Positions 28,003-38,500 of a DNA stretch of 64,000 nucleotides are shown one piece after another (position 1 is the first letter of the stretch; every line of letters begins with the position of its first letter). This DNA is from Longimicrobiales bacterium (GTDB lineage Bacteria > Gemmatimonadota > Gemmatimonadetes > Longimicrobiales > Gaopeijiaceae). The notes below the pieces were generated by a model. The model made no database searches, was not told where the DNA came from, and was given only the letters and a program-made list of their open reading frames with translations. Location of the stretch: NCBI GenBank assembly GCA_965249725.1, contig CBDFMQ010000002.1, forward strand, positions 2,656,001 to 2,720,000, read 5' to 3'. A program made the position numbers and the translations under genes.

Positions 28003-29301
28003 TCAGCGCAGGCGCTCACCGGCAATCCACACCGACTCGATGCTCCGCGCGTTAGTGATGTCCTCCAGAGGATTCTCGGTCAACACGACGAAGTCCGCCC
28101 AGCGACCCGCCGTCAACGTACCGATTTCATCCTCCACCCCCATGCAGCGAGCAGCGTCGACCGTAGCCGAACGCAGGATCTCGAGAGGACTCATGCCCGC
28201 CTCGGCCATGAGGTCCATCTCCATATGCTCGAAGTAGCCCTGAAAACGACCGACCGGCCCCGAGTCGGTTCCGAACGCGATGGGGAGCCCAGCCTCCGAA
28301 ACACGCTCGAGATTCCGCTGTGCGACGGGCAGCGCCTCCTTGTAGAGCCGGGCCGAGGTGCTCCCCCTGATGCGTTCCTGTCGAGCGGGGTCTTCGAGCT
28401 GCTCGAGTACCGCCGGGTCCGCATGCTCCTGGAAGAACGGGTCGTCGAAGAAGTCCGGCCGATCCTGGTACACATAAGTGGAGACCTCACGGGTCAGCGT
28501 CGGAGAGTAGCAGATCCCGCTCTCGCCCAAGAGCTCGAGGAATTCGTCGTCCACGTCGACGTCTCGCACGGAGTGCGCAATGAAGTCCGTGCCCGCCCGG
28601 AGCAGCGCTTTCGCGTCCTCCAGATAGAAGAGATGCGACGCTAACCGCAGACCGAGCGCGTGGCTTCGATCGATGACGGCCCCGAAGACCTCGGGGGTCA
28701 TCTTCCGGGTCGAGCCGAGGTTGTCGTCTACCCGGATCTTCATCCAATCCACGCCGGCCGCGGCATTGGCATCGACCACCTCCAACGCCCCCTCGGGCGT
28801 ATCGCCGGTCACAACGACACCAGCCACGTACAGACGCGCCCGGTCGAGCCCTGGGAAGCCCTCCCCATCACGCAACGCGAACCCCTCCGGCCCGTCTCCT
28901 CCCAGGCTGTTCACTGCGGTGATGCCGTACGCGGCGTACAGGCGCAGCTGCCGAAGCAGGTTGTCTCGATCATAGTGACCACCCTCCAGGCCGAGCGTGC
29001 CCCCCACGTGCCCGTGTGTGTTGATCAGCCCCGGGATGACGATCCGGCCGCCGAGATCGACTATCTCTGCCCCGGAGGGGATCTCGATGTCACCCTCCGC
29101 GACCACCCCCATGCTCTTCCCGTCTCGGACCAGCATCGCGCCTCGGGGCACCGCCTCGTCGCCCGTGCCGTCCCAGATCCGAGCCCCCACGAAGGCAGTG
29201 ACGCCGGAGCCCATGTCGGATGTGCCGCCCGTGCAGCCCAGTGCGATCAGGCCAAAGAGGCCGAATGGGAACGCGAGCCAACGAGAGTACGTCCGGGTCA
29301 T
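28003..29301 (-). CDS. Amidohydrolase family protein (putative lipoprotein)
   Basis: Lipobox ALGC, PGLINTHGH, AHSVRD, FGTDSG, G.L.AGRWADFVVL..NPL. Confidence 0.9.
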   Translation of the reverse strand: MTRTYSRWLAFPFGLFGLIALGCTGGTSDMGSGVTAFVGARIWDGTGDEAVPRGAMLVRDGKSMGVVAEGDIEIPSGAEIVDLGGRIVIPGLINTHGHVGGTLGLEGGHYDRDNLLRQLRLYAAYGITAVNSLGGDGPEGFALRDGEGFPGLDRARLYVAGVVVTGDTPEGALEVVDANAAAGVDWMKIRVDDNLGSTRKMTPEVFGAVIDRSHALGLRLASHLFYLEDAKALLRAGTDFIAHSVRDVDVDDEFLELLGESGICYSPTLTREVSTYVYQDRPDFFDDPFFQEHADPAVLEQLEDPARQERIRGSTSARLYKEALPVAQRNLERVSEAGLPIAFGTDSGPVGRFQGYFEHMEMDLMAEAGMSPLEILRSATVDAARCMGVEDEIGTLTAGRWADFVVLTENPLEDITNARSIESVWIAGERLR

Positions 29302-29313
29302 GTCTCCTCCTCC

Positions 29314-29385
29314 GTGTCCCGCTGAGTGTCCCGCTGAGTGTCCCGCTGAGTGTCCCGCTGAGTGTCCCGCTCAGTGTCCCGCTCA
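29314..29385 (+). repeat. Tandem repeat, 6 x 12 bp (GTGTCCCGCTGA x4, GTGTCCCGCTCA x2)
   Basis: Read directly; abuts the minus-strand GGAGGAG RBS of the amidohydrolase. Confidence 0.97.
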
Positions 29386-29516
29386 ACCTTCACTTGCGCG
29401 GAGCAATTGCCACAGTGAATCGTACTAGGGGCCGAACGAAAAAGTACAACGGGCCCCACACGGCTGAACGCTTTCCCACGGGGACGGTGATGATGGGTGG
29501 AGATAGGGAGGGCATC

Positions 29517-30212
29517 ATGGACCTGGATCTCGGTACGCTGCGCCCGAAGAAGAAGCGGCTGTGGGTGAAGGCCCTGCGCCTCGGCGCACGCCTCGGGTGG
29601 TTTTCCCTCAAGGTCACGGTCGCTCTGGCCCTGCCCTTCCTGCTGTTGGTTCGGGGCTCCTTGTACGCGTATGAGGACCTCGGGTGGGGTACATGGTCTT
29701 CCCTGGCCACCGGGGTCTTCGCCACGGCCCTCCTGTTCCTCATCTACGCATCCATGCTGTGGAAGAGGATGACCGGCAAGCGAAGGGTCCCGCAGTTGGC
29801 GAGACGCCTTCTGCTCGTGGTGGTCGGTGGATACGCCGTCTACGGGCTGCTGTACCTCTCTTCGGCGAACGCCAAGACACCCGAACTCCGGGAATACTAC
29901 ACGTCGCTCCACCCCCTCTTACGGATCGGGGCCAGCACCTTCCTGTTGATCGATCGGGATGCGGTCGTCACCAACCTGGGGCGAACGGTGCAGGACTACC
30001 TGAAGATGGGCCTGCCCGTCAACGAGACCTCGCTGCACTTCAAGCTCGAGGATCGCTTCGTCCACGCCTTGGACCTCAGAACGATCGGGCGGACCGAGCG
30101 TAGGAACCGGCTCACATCAGGGTACTTCCAGTTGATGGGGTTCCGGACGCTCCGCCACGTGGGTTCGGCCGACCACCTGCATGTGTCGCTTCCGATGGCG
30201 GGATCCGACTAG
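29517..30212 (+). CDS. Membrane protein with M15/Hedgehog-like Zn-peptidase motif pattern
   Basis: Three TM segments followed by SLH...HALDLR...DHLHVS; GGGAGG RBS. Confidence 0.65.
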   Translation: MDLDLGTLRPKKKRLWVKALRLGARLGWFSLKVTVALALPFLLLVRGSLYAYEDLGWGTWSSLATGVFATALLFLIYASMLWKRMTGKRRVPQLARRLLLVVVGGYAVYGLLYLSSANAKTPELREYYTSLHPLLRIGASTFLLIDRDAVVTNLGRTVQDYLKMGLPVNETSLHFKLEDRFVHALDLRTIGRTERRNRLTSGYFQLMGFRTLRHVGSADHLHVSLPMAGSD

Positions 30213-31140
30213 GGAATCACCCTGACTTGGGCTGTGCCCACCACGTCCCCTACGGTCGCAACGACGTGAGCGACTCCCGGGGCCAACGCCGTCGTACGTC
30301 CGGTGGCGTCGCCCTCACCACCTCGGGCCTGGAACTGCTCCACTCGACCCTACGCATCAACTCGTTTCCGGACCGATCCAACACTGACGCGTGGAGTGTG
30401 CCCATCTCCCCCACGCTGACGGTGATGGACTCGGGAGTGATCCGCACGGTGGTCACCCTGGCTTCTACCCGGACCGGCACTGCCCGGCCGAAGGACCCGT
30501 GCGTCGCGGCCAATCGGGCCTCACCCTCGCTACGCGCGACCACCCAGAACCCCGACGTGATGGCCGCCACCTCGGCGTTGTCCGACAACCACGTGACGGG
30601 GAGTCCCGGAATGGTATCGCCTGTGGCGAACAGGACCGCCGCCGAGAGGCGTGCAGAGTCACCGATAGCCCTCAGCGTCGGGATCGAGTCGGGTACCGCC
30701 AGTCCCGCCGGAACGGCGGTCAGCGCGACCTCGACTCTTTGCGGAACGCCGACCTCGAGCGCGGCGACGGTCGCCCCCTCGAAGAGGGCCTGCTCGCGCA
30801 GGCGTACCTGGGTCGCGATCTGGATGGGGCCACGACCCTGATCGGCCGAGACCGCCAACTGCACCCTCGTGCTCGCTTGGGTTCGCGACAGCTGCACGAT
30901 GGTGTCGAATTGGTGGCCGGTCGCCACGCGCGTCAGGCGGATCCAGACCCGGTCCGCCTTCGAAAACGCCTCTAACGGGCCGGCCGAGCCGGAGCCCTCG
31001 CCAGTGGTGAGCGCGAGGGCCAAGGACATGGGAGGTGGCGCCGGAGCAGGATCGACGAAGAGGTCGTCACAGGCGGCGGACAACACGAGCGCCGCGAGGA
31101 TCGACGCCAACGTGGTCGAGCCTCGCCGATGGGCGATCAT
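30209..31140 (-). CDS. Ig-like (Big_2 x2) lipoprotein with a late frameshift
   Basis: Lipobox SAAC; WLSDNAEVA and WSSSRPEVV repeats. The second Ig domain finishes in another frame (DATGRTTALAPGVAHVVATVGDVVGTAQVRVIP, stop 30209); shift near 30312. Confidence 0.75.
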
Positions 31141-32336
31141 CGCAGACCTCCCTCGACCCGAACCGTCACCCCCGCCGTCCATCCAATGACACGTGAGTCG
31201 GAGGCCTCATCCACGGTGATGTTGCCCAGGTGGAAGCGCCCCGACGGACTCATGACGAACCGTGTGCCGCGCCGTCCGCCAGCCAGGGTGACGTCGAGTC
31301 CGAGGCCTCCGCTGGCGAGGTAGCCCTGACCGATCCCGTCCTCGGCCCGGAAGAGGCGGGCCTCGCCCTCGGGGAACAGCGTGAGGCTCCGACTCATCGG
31401 CAGCAGGAAAGTGAAACCGGCTCGATAGAGCTGCTGCCAAGGCGTATCCGTGGCACCGGCCAGGTCCGGATTCTCGACGAGCACGGAGCCGTTCTCCCGA
31501 TGGTTGAATCCGCCATAGAGAAGCCCGCTCCCACTGCGGCCTGCCGCGAACGCATACGAGACCATGCCCTCATAGCGAGCACCCGCTCGGAACAGGTTCT
31601 GCTCGTTCAGGGCGTCGTCTTGGAAACGCTGGTAGCCCAGAAGGAACGACACGGTCCCGGACGTGCCGACGTCACGGTCGAGGGCCAGTCGCGCCAGGAT
31701 CCGGTCGCCCGGCCGATAGGTGAACGTCTCTTCGGCCAAGGGCTCGTATTCGCTCGCCACCCGATAGCCCCCGCTGAAGCCGATTCCCCACTCGCCCGCC
31801 TGAAAGGCGAGGGCGAGGTCACCGCCCGCCGACCCTCCACTGCCCCAGGTCGAGATGGCGAAGGGCATGAGCTCGGCGGCAATGATCCCGGCGACCACGA
31901 CCTCTTCGAGGCTCTGGGTCGACTCGCCCGTGGGAAGCACGAAGCCGCCTGCCAGGACGGCGTTGTCGCCCCCCAGAGACAGTGCGACAGACACTTCGGT
32001 GTCGGTGAAGCCCCTGAGCGATGCCTGTTGACCGTCGGCACCGGTCACGGTGCCCTCTGCCCAGGCCGAATATACGCCCAAGCTGAGGGACTCCCCCACG
32101 GGCAACGTCATAGCCAAAGGCGCCGTCAGGAGGGTCACCTGATCCAGCCCGGTGGCCTCGGAATCCGAGAAGGAGTAGACCTCGTAGGTCGCGCCTCCGC
32201 CCCCGGCCGCCTGGGCGATGAGCCCCCCCGGAGTGCCTGCGGCGACCAACACCACTGCGGCAGCGAGCGTCAGGGACGCGGCGGGGCCCCCAAGGGCACA
32301 CGTCCTGCACGGGGCGCGGCGACTCATCTTAACCAT
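31137..32336 (-). CDS. Putative outer-membrane beta-barrel protein
   Basis: Signal peptide and many amphipathic beta strands rich in Gly and aromatics; ends WTAGVTVRVEGGLR. Confidence 0.65.
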   Translation of the reverse strand: MVKMSRRAPCRTCALGGPAASLTLAAAVVLVAAGTPGGLIAQAAGGGGATYEVYSFSDSEATGLDQVTLLTAPLAMTLPVGESLSLGVYSAWAEGTVTGADGQQASLRGFTDTEVSVALSLGGDNAVLAGGFVLPTGESTQSLEEVVVAGIIAAELMPFAISTWGSGGSAGGDLALAFQAGEWGIGFSGGYRVASEYEPLAEETFTYRPGDRILARLALDRDVGTSGTVSFLLGYQRFQDDALNEQNLFRAGARYEGMVSYAFAAGRSGSGLLYGGFNHRENGSVLVENPDLAGATDTPWQQLYRAGFTFLLPMSRSLTLFPEGEARLFRAEDGIGQGYLASGGLGLDVTLAGGRRGTRFVMSPSGRFHLGNITVDEASDSRVIGWTAGVTVRVEGGLR

Positions 32337-33676
32337 CAGCCCCCCGCCCTGAACACGATCTCGAGGAGGAAGAGCTTTCCGAGGCGATCCTGCCCCAGCA
32401 CCTCCGAGAGCACGGCCCTCTGCCTGTCCGTCAGGTTCCTGAGGGCGGCCGGCCTGAGGCCTGCGGGGTTTCGGCGGATCCTCTGCACGGCCTGCCTTGC
32501 CCGGTTCAACTGGGCCGCACGTCGGGCGGCCTGCGGTGAGGATCGTGTACGCGCGGCGGCAGATCGGCTGGTATTTTGCAGCTGCAACTGCGCCATCTGA
32601 AAGTTCGGATCAAAGGTCGCGGCCTCGGCGAATTCCTGACTGGCCATCGAGAGGTCCCCCCGATCGGACGCCTCGAGGCCCCGGCCGTAGGCGAGCACAG
32701 CCTGGACGCTCTCCGTGGGCCTCTCGTTGACACGAGCGACTTCAGCCGGGGTCAGCGAGACGCCCATCTCGGCGTACAGCCCCAACGCCAACTCCTTCTC
32801 CATGTCGAAGAGCCCTTCGACCGCGCCTGTGGAGACCACCGGATCGCCGGTCGTGGGCTCGTCGCCGACCCGGACGACGGCAGCGTCGATGCGGAGACCC
32901 TCGGCACCCACGTCGATCCTGCCCTGCACGATGCGCTCGGCCGACAGGAGCCTCCCGGCCCGCGCGGCGGTCTCAGGCTCGGTCCAGCCACCCTCTCCGA
33001 GAGAGATCTCGGTAAGGAGCGTCTGCACCCGAACTCGCTCCAGCACCTGCAAGCGCCCGGTAATCGATAGGTCCGTCACCAGGAACTCGGCCATGGCGCG
33101 GCTCAGAGGCTCGAGATCCGGATCTCCCTCCACGCGGAAGGGGAAGACGCCGACCGTGTTGGGTGTAGGGGGCAGCGACGACAACTCCGACTCCCTGGCC
33201 AACGCGTCGCGAACGGACGCCAGCAACTCCTCGGTGGCGATGATGTCGAGCCGATCCCGCACAACGTCCCGGAGCGACCCGTCTCCTTCGCTCAAGACCT
33301 CCTGGTAGACGGATCTGGCCAGCCCGAACTCCTCCAGGTCCTCGTAGGTGAGTCCCAACAGGACCGGAATCGCCTGGTCTTCCGGGTTCAGTGCCCTGCC
33401 CCGCTCCAGAAGGAGCCGAGCCTCGTCGGAGCGGTCGGCCCCTCGATAGGCAGCCGCCAGCTCAGCGACAGCATCCGTGTCGGTGGAGTCGCTCTGCACG
33501 TCCATTTCCAGCTGTGGAATCGCGGACGGCGGAGGAGGTTCGATCTCCAGGGATGCACCGCAGGCGGCCATTATCACGACCGAGGACAGCACGGATACCC
33601 TGACGAAGAGGCGACGGGCGGCCGCAAGGACCTCCCAGGCGCGCGGGCGACGGGAAGCGGGATCTCGGAAAGTCAT
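32336..33676 (-). CDS. TPR plus CsgG/TolB_N-like lipoprotein
   Basis: Lipobox MAAC, TPR helices, TVGVFPF...DLS...LQVLERVRVQTLLTEI...TAARAGRLLSAERIVQG; start uncertain. Confidence 0.75.
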   Translation of the reverse strand: MTFRDPASRRPRAWEVLAAARRLFVRVSVLSSVVIMAACGASLEIEPPPPSAIPQLEMDVQSDSTDTDAVAELAAAYRGADRSDEARLLLERGRALNPEDQAIPVLLGLTYEDLEEFGLARSVYQEVLSEGDGSLRDVVRDRLDIIATEELLASVRDALARESELSSLPPTPNTVGVFPFRVEGDPDLEPLSRAMAEFLVTDLSITGRLQVLERVRVQTLLTEISLGEGGWTEPETAARAGRLLSAERIVQGRIDVGAEGLRIDAAVVRVGDEPTTGDPVVSTGAVEGLFDMEKELALGLYAEMGVSLTPAEVARVNERPTESVQAVLAYGRGLEASDRGDLSMASQEFAEAATFDPNFQMAQLQLQNTSRSAAARTRSSPQAARRAAQLNRARQAVQRIRRNPAGLRPAALRNLTDRQRAVLSEVLGQDRLGKLFLLEIVFRAGG

Positions 33677-33751
33677 ACTCCACGCTAGGACCGGACCCAG
33701 CCCTGGTGCAAGGAGTCTTCCGACCCTAGCGTCGGCCGAAGAGACAGGAGA

Positions 33752-33919
33752 GACTGCGTCGTGCGTATGATACGCAGACTCAGACATGATCAGGAATCCG
33801 AGAATGGCCAAGAACCTCAAGCCGCCTGCCACCGACTGCGTCGTGCGTATGATACGCAGACTCAGACATGATCAGGAATCCGAGAATGGCCAAGAACCTC
33901 AAGCCGCCTGCCACCGACT
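33752..33919 (+). repeat. Exact 82-bp tandem duplication with GACT at the junctions
   Basis: GACT at 33752, 33834 and 33916; duplicated ATG at 33786 and 33868; each copy has the dyad TGCGTAT-G-ATACGCA. Confidence 0.97.
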
Positions 33920-33963
33920 TTTTCTGGAATCTCACGGCCCCGCTCCTCGGTCTCTTGAGCTAT

Positions 33964-35028
33964 GTGATCCGGGGTGCGGCCCTGACCCTGTGCACGGTGC
34001 TCGTCGCCTTCGGGCCGCTCCAGGGCCAGGACACGTTCGAACTCGTGGAATTGGCTCCGAACGTGCACGTCGCCCTGGTCCGTCCCAATCCACCTCGGTA
34101 CGTGTTCGCCAACTCGCTCATCGTCATACGCGAGCGCGATGTGGTCGTCGTCGATACGCATCAGTCGCCGTCCGCTGCACACGTCCTGATCGATGAAATC
34201 GGCAAGCTCACACCCCTCCCCGTGCGATACGTCGTGAATACGCACTGGCATGGCGACCACGTCTATGGCAACCAGGCCTACAAGGAGCGCTTCGAGGGGG
34301 TCGAGTTCATCGGGCACGTAAGCACTCCAGCCGACGTCGGCTCCAAAGGGGCTCAGGCTTTGGCGAAGGAGATCACCGACCTTCCGCAGAGCATCGCGGA
34401 CCGTGAGGAGTGGGTCAGGACCGGAAGAGGGCCGAACGGGAGGGCTCTAGCGGAGGCGCAGGTCGCCCAGTGGAGTCAGAGTGCGCAGCTGAGGAGAGCG
34501 TACCTAGAGGAGCTGCAGTCCCTACGGCTGACCGCTCCCGACATCACCTTCGAGGAGGTCCTCACGCTTTCCGACGGCGCCTCCCCACCCATCCATCTTC
34601 TCCACTTCGGCGCGGCACACACGAGAGGCGACGTGGCCGTGTACCTCCCGGATCAGAGCATCCTCGCGGTGGGGGATCTCATCGAGAACGGCCTTCCCTG
34701 GGTGGACGAGAACAGCTCTCCCGTCGGTTGGGCCCGGGCTCTGGCGGCCATCTCCGAGCTGAGAGCGAACGTCATCGTGCCTGCGCACGGGCCCGTGTTG
34801 CGCGACGGGAACCTGCTGGAGGGTCAACTCAACTTCATGCGTACGGTTGCCGATGCCGTTACGGAGGCCCACCGAGCCGACCTGGGCCTGGCGGCCACAC
34901 TCGATCGTATTGAGCGCCTGGACCTACCCTGGTTTCTGGATCCGTCGGATCCGAGGCGGGGCAATACGTTCTCCGAGTACATACGCACCGTGGCGACGCA
35001 GGCCTACGAGGTCGCCGGCCAGCACTGA
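33964..35028 (+). CDS. Secreted MBL-fold metallo-hydrolase
   Basis: NTHWHGDHVYGN, AHTRGD, GDL, VPAHG; signal peptide follows GTG 33964 (start uncertain). Confidence 0.9.
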   Translation: MIRGAALTLCTVLVAFGPLQGQDTFELVELAPNVHVALVRPNPPRYVFANSLIVIRERDVVVVDTHQSPSAAHVLIDEIGKLTPLPVRYVVNTHWHGDHVYGNQAYKERFEGVEFIGHVSTPADVGSKGAQALAKEITDLPQSIADREEWVRTGRGPNGRALAEAQVAQWSQSAQLRRAYLEELQSLRLTAPDITFEEVLTLSDGASPPIHLLHFGAAHTRGDVAVYLPDQSILAVGDLIENGLPWVDENSSPVGWARALAAISELRANVIVPAHGPVLRDGNLLEGQLNFMRTVADAVTEAHRADLGLAATLDRIERLDLPWFLDPSDPRRGNTFSEYIRTVATQAYEVAGQH

Positions 35029-35083
35029 CGATCCCTCAGTCAGGGCTCGCGGCACTCCCTCACGTAAGTCCGGCGGCGCCCTC

Positions 35084-35360
35084 TCAGGTAAGTCCGGCGA
35101 TGAACCAACCGACCCCGTAGGCAACCCCAGCCGCGATAGCGCCCAACACCAGCATCTCGAGGCCACCCTGAACCAACTTGCTGGCGCCCATCGAGAAGCC
35201 GTCAGCCAGGAGATTGGCGAAACCGAGAATGAGGATGGTACGCGCCGGCAGAGCCGCTCCAGCGACGCCGGCTACGACCGCGAAGGTGGTGATGATCCCG
35301 TCGTTGGCGCCGTAGACCAAATCGCCCAAGTAATGACGGGCCAGGCCGTGCAGAGACGGG
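35084..35360 (-). pseudogene. VIT1/CCC1 transporter remnant with a large in-frame internal deletion
   Basis: LGDLVYGANDGIITTFAVVAG and GFANLLADGFSMGAS join almost directly to the C-terminal GGLEMLVLGAIAAGVAYGVG; start unclear. Confidence 0.75.
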
Positions 35361-35553
35361 GGCTCGTAATCGTGCAAGGGAGCCTCCCAGAAAGATTGAA
35401 GTTGTGCCCTCAATCTGCCGCCCAGGGAGCCTGCCGCTAGGTCCAGCGGGGCCACCCCTTTGCCCGGTGATATCGACCGGACCCATCTTATGTGCTCACA
35501 TTCCGTTTCTGTACGCCCATGACACGCTGACGCCGATTCCCGGACGAGCACCC

Positions 35554-38500
35554 ATGAAGAAGTCCGTCGCCTACGCCATCGTCACGATGATGGTCCTCGC
35601 ATCGCCCGCCGCGCCCACTCACGTGGGCCAGGCGCATGCCCAAGAAGACACTTCGACCGATCCGACGGCCCTCGCGGGCTTCCTGAAGTGGCGCGAAATC
35701 GGTCCCGCCGTAGTCGGTGGGCGCATCAGTGACCTGGCGGTCGACGAGGCGGATTCACGCAACATCTACGTGGGTACCGCAACAGGCGGAGTGTGGAAGA
35801 GCACCAACCACGGTACCACGTGGACGGCGGTCTTCACCGACCAGTCCACGGCCTCCATCGGCGACGTAACTCTCGCGCCGTCGAACCCCAACGTAGTGTG
35901 GGTGGGAACGGGTGAGCCGCAGAACCGGCAGAGTTCCCCATGGGGGGACGGCGTTTTCAAGTCGATGGATGGCGGGCGTACTTGGACGAGCCTGGGCCTC
36001 GAAGAGACGCGTCACATCAGTCGCATTCAGGTCCACCCGCGAAACCCCGACATCGCCTATGTGGCCGCCGTGGGGAATCTCTGGAAGTCGGGCCCGGAGC
36101 GGGGTGTGTACAAGACGACCGACGGTGGCGCCACCTGGGACCTGGTCCTGTTCGTGGACGACCAGACCGGCGCCATCGACCTGATCATGGATCCAGCCGA
36201 TCCCAATACGCTCTTCGCGGCCATGTACCAGCGCCAGCGGACCGCGTGGGGATTCAACGGGGCCGGACCCGGGAGCGGCATCTACCGCACTCTCGATGGC
36301 GGTGTCGTGTGGGAGCGGTTGGGGGAAGGCCTCCCCGACGGGGACCTGGGGCGCATCGGGCTCGACGTCTATAGGAGAGACGGCAATCTGGTCTTTGCCA
36401 CGGTGCAGGCCCGCCGGGGCCAGACCGGTGTTTACGCCTCGAAAGACCGCGGCAACACATGGGAGAAGCTCTCGAACACCAACCCCCGGCCGATGTATTT
36501 CAGCATGATCCGGGTGGATCCGAACAATCCCGAGCGCGTCTACGTGGGCGGCCAGAATCTCATGCGCTCCGACGACGGAGGGCGGACCTTCACCAGCGAC
36601 GGCGCCCGAAACGTCCATCTCGACCACCACGCTTTGTGGATCGACCCGGCCAACTCGAACCACCTGGTCTTGGGGAGCGACGGCGGCGTCTCGGCCTCGT
36701 TCGATGGTTCGGAGACGTGGCGATTCTACGACAACCTTCCCGTGTCGCAGTTCTACGAGATCGGCTTCGACACTCGGAATCCGTACTGGGTGTGCGGGGG
36801 GCTGCAGGACAACGGAAGCTGGTGCGGTCCGACCAACACGTTGGACAGTCAGGGGATTCGCAACGCCGATTGGCAGAACATCGGGGGAGGAGACGGCTTC
36901 TACGTCCAGATCGACCCGGAGGATACGACCGTACTCTACGCCGAGTCCCAGGGCGGGCGCGTGAGACGCGTGGATCTCGAGACCGGCGAGCGTGCGTCGA
37001 TCGCACCGGCGCCCAACTCCGATCTCGAAGAGGGTTCACCGCGTAAGAAGGACTATCCATCGGCGGACGATCCCGATCCGGAGGACTCTCAGTATCGCTT
37101 CAACTGGAACACTCCCACCCTGCTCTCCATCCACGATCGCAACACCGTGTATACGGGGAGCCAGATGTTGATGAGGAGCTCCGACCAGGGCATGACCTGG
37201 AGCCAGATCAGCCCCGACCTGACCTTCGATATCGATCGGTCCCAGCTCCCCATCATGGGCGCCACGCCTACGGACTCCACGCTATCCCGTCATGACGGCG
37301 TGTCGACCTACAGTACGTTGACGACCGTCGGCGAGTCTCCGATAAACGCTGACGTCCTCTACACCGGTAGCGACGACGGCCGAGTCATGGGCACGCAGGA
37401 CGGCGGCGTGAACTGGACGGATCTGACGCCGGGCATTACCGATCTGCCTGCCAACACGTACGTCAGTCGTCTCGTCCCCTCGAACGTCCGCGAGGGCCGC
37501 GTCTACGCAACATTCGACGGGCACTACTCGGGCGACTTCGGACCCTACGTGTACGTGAGCAACGACTTCGGTGCGACATGGGCCTCGATCACTACGGGGC
37601 TCCCCAACTCGTCCGTGAACATCATGGCCGAGCATCCGGATCAGGAGAATCTGCTCTTCGTCGGAAACGAGGTGGGGGTCTATGTCTCGACCGACCGAGG
37701 ATCGAGCTGGGCACCACTCATGAACGGCCTTCCCACGGTTCCGGTGGACGACATCAAGATCCATCCCGACGAGAACGACCTCATCATCGGCACCCATGGA
37801 CGGGGGATTTGGGTGATGGACAACATCGCGCCCCTCGATGAACTCGCAACCGGATCCGTCGCGGCATCGAATCCCTACCTCTTCCGCGTCGGCCGTGCGA
37901 TCGACTGGAGGAACTTCCGCAACCAGGAATGGACGGCATCAGGCGAGTTCCGCATCCCCAACCCGAGCAACGGGGCGCGGATCCGGTACTGGCTCCCGGA
38001 GGGCGCTGCGACCGCCGACGACGAGGAGGACGATCGCCAGGCCGGAGCGGCCGACGGTGAGGGTACCGGCGAGGGCGAGGGCGAGGATGAGGGTGAGGGC
38101 GAGGGTGCAGGCGCGTCGGATCAGGCCATGGGAGACGGTCACCTCCCCATCAAGATCATGACGGCCACCGGGCAGGAAGTGCGGACGCTCGAGGGCCCCT
38201 CTTCTCCGGGCGCCCATGAGGTCGTGTGGGATTTCCGGCTGGATCCCCCCCACGAGACTCAGGGCGCGGGCGCGGGCGGGGGTGGAGGGGGAGGTGGGGG
38301 CGCGGTGCAGGGCCCCAAGGTGCTCCCCGGCGTCTACCAGATTCAGATCGAAGTCGGTGAGACCACCATGTTGGGAGATCTGGTCGTGCGACAGGATCCG
38401 CGTATCGAAGTATCTCGTGGGGATCTTACGGCGAGACAGGCCGCGATCATGTCGGCTTATGACCTCGAGTCGTCGGTCTATGACGCCGGCCAGGCCATTC

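Noticed and set aside
31230..32600. Long antisense ORFs (also 4289-5215, 7126-7944, 37939-38997, 41137-42312, 52155-53111) and the alternate-frame ORF 58323-60161
   Set aside because: They overlap well-supported genes, lack motifs and are expected in GC-rich DNA.
33964..35028. True metallo-beta-lactamase resistance gene
   Set aside because: HxHxDH is shared across the MBL superfamily and the long helical insert fits other hydrolases.
38018..38300. GE-rich and poly-Gly tracts in the VPS10 protein as separate elements
   Set aside because: In-frame low-complexity linkers within one continuous ORF.
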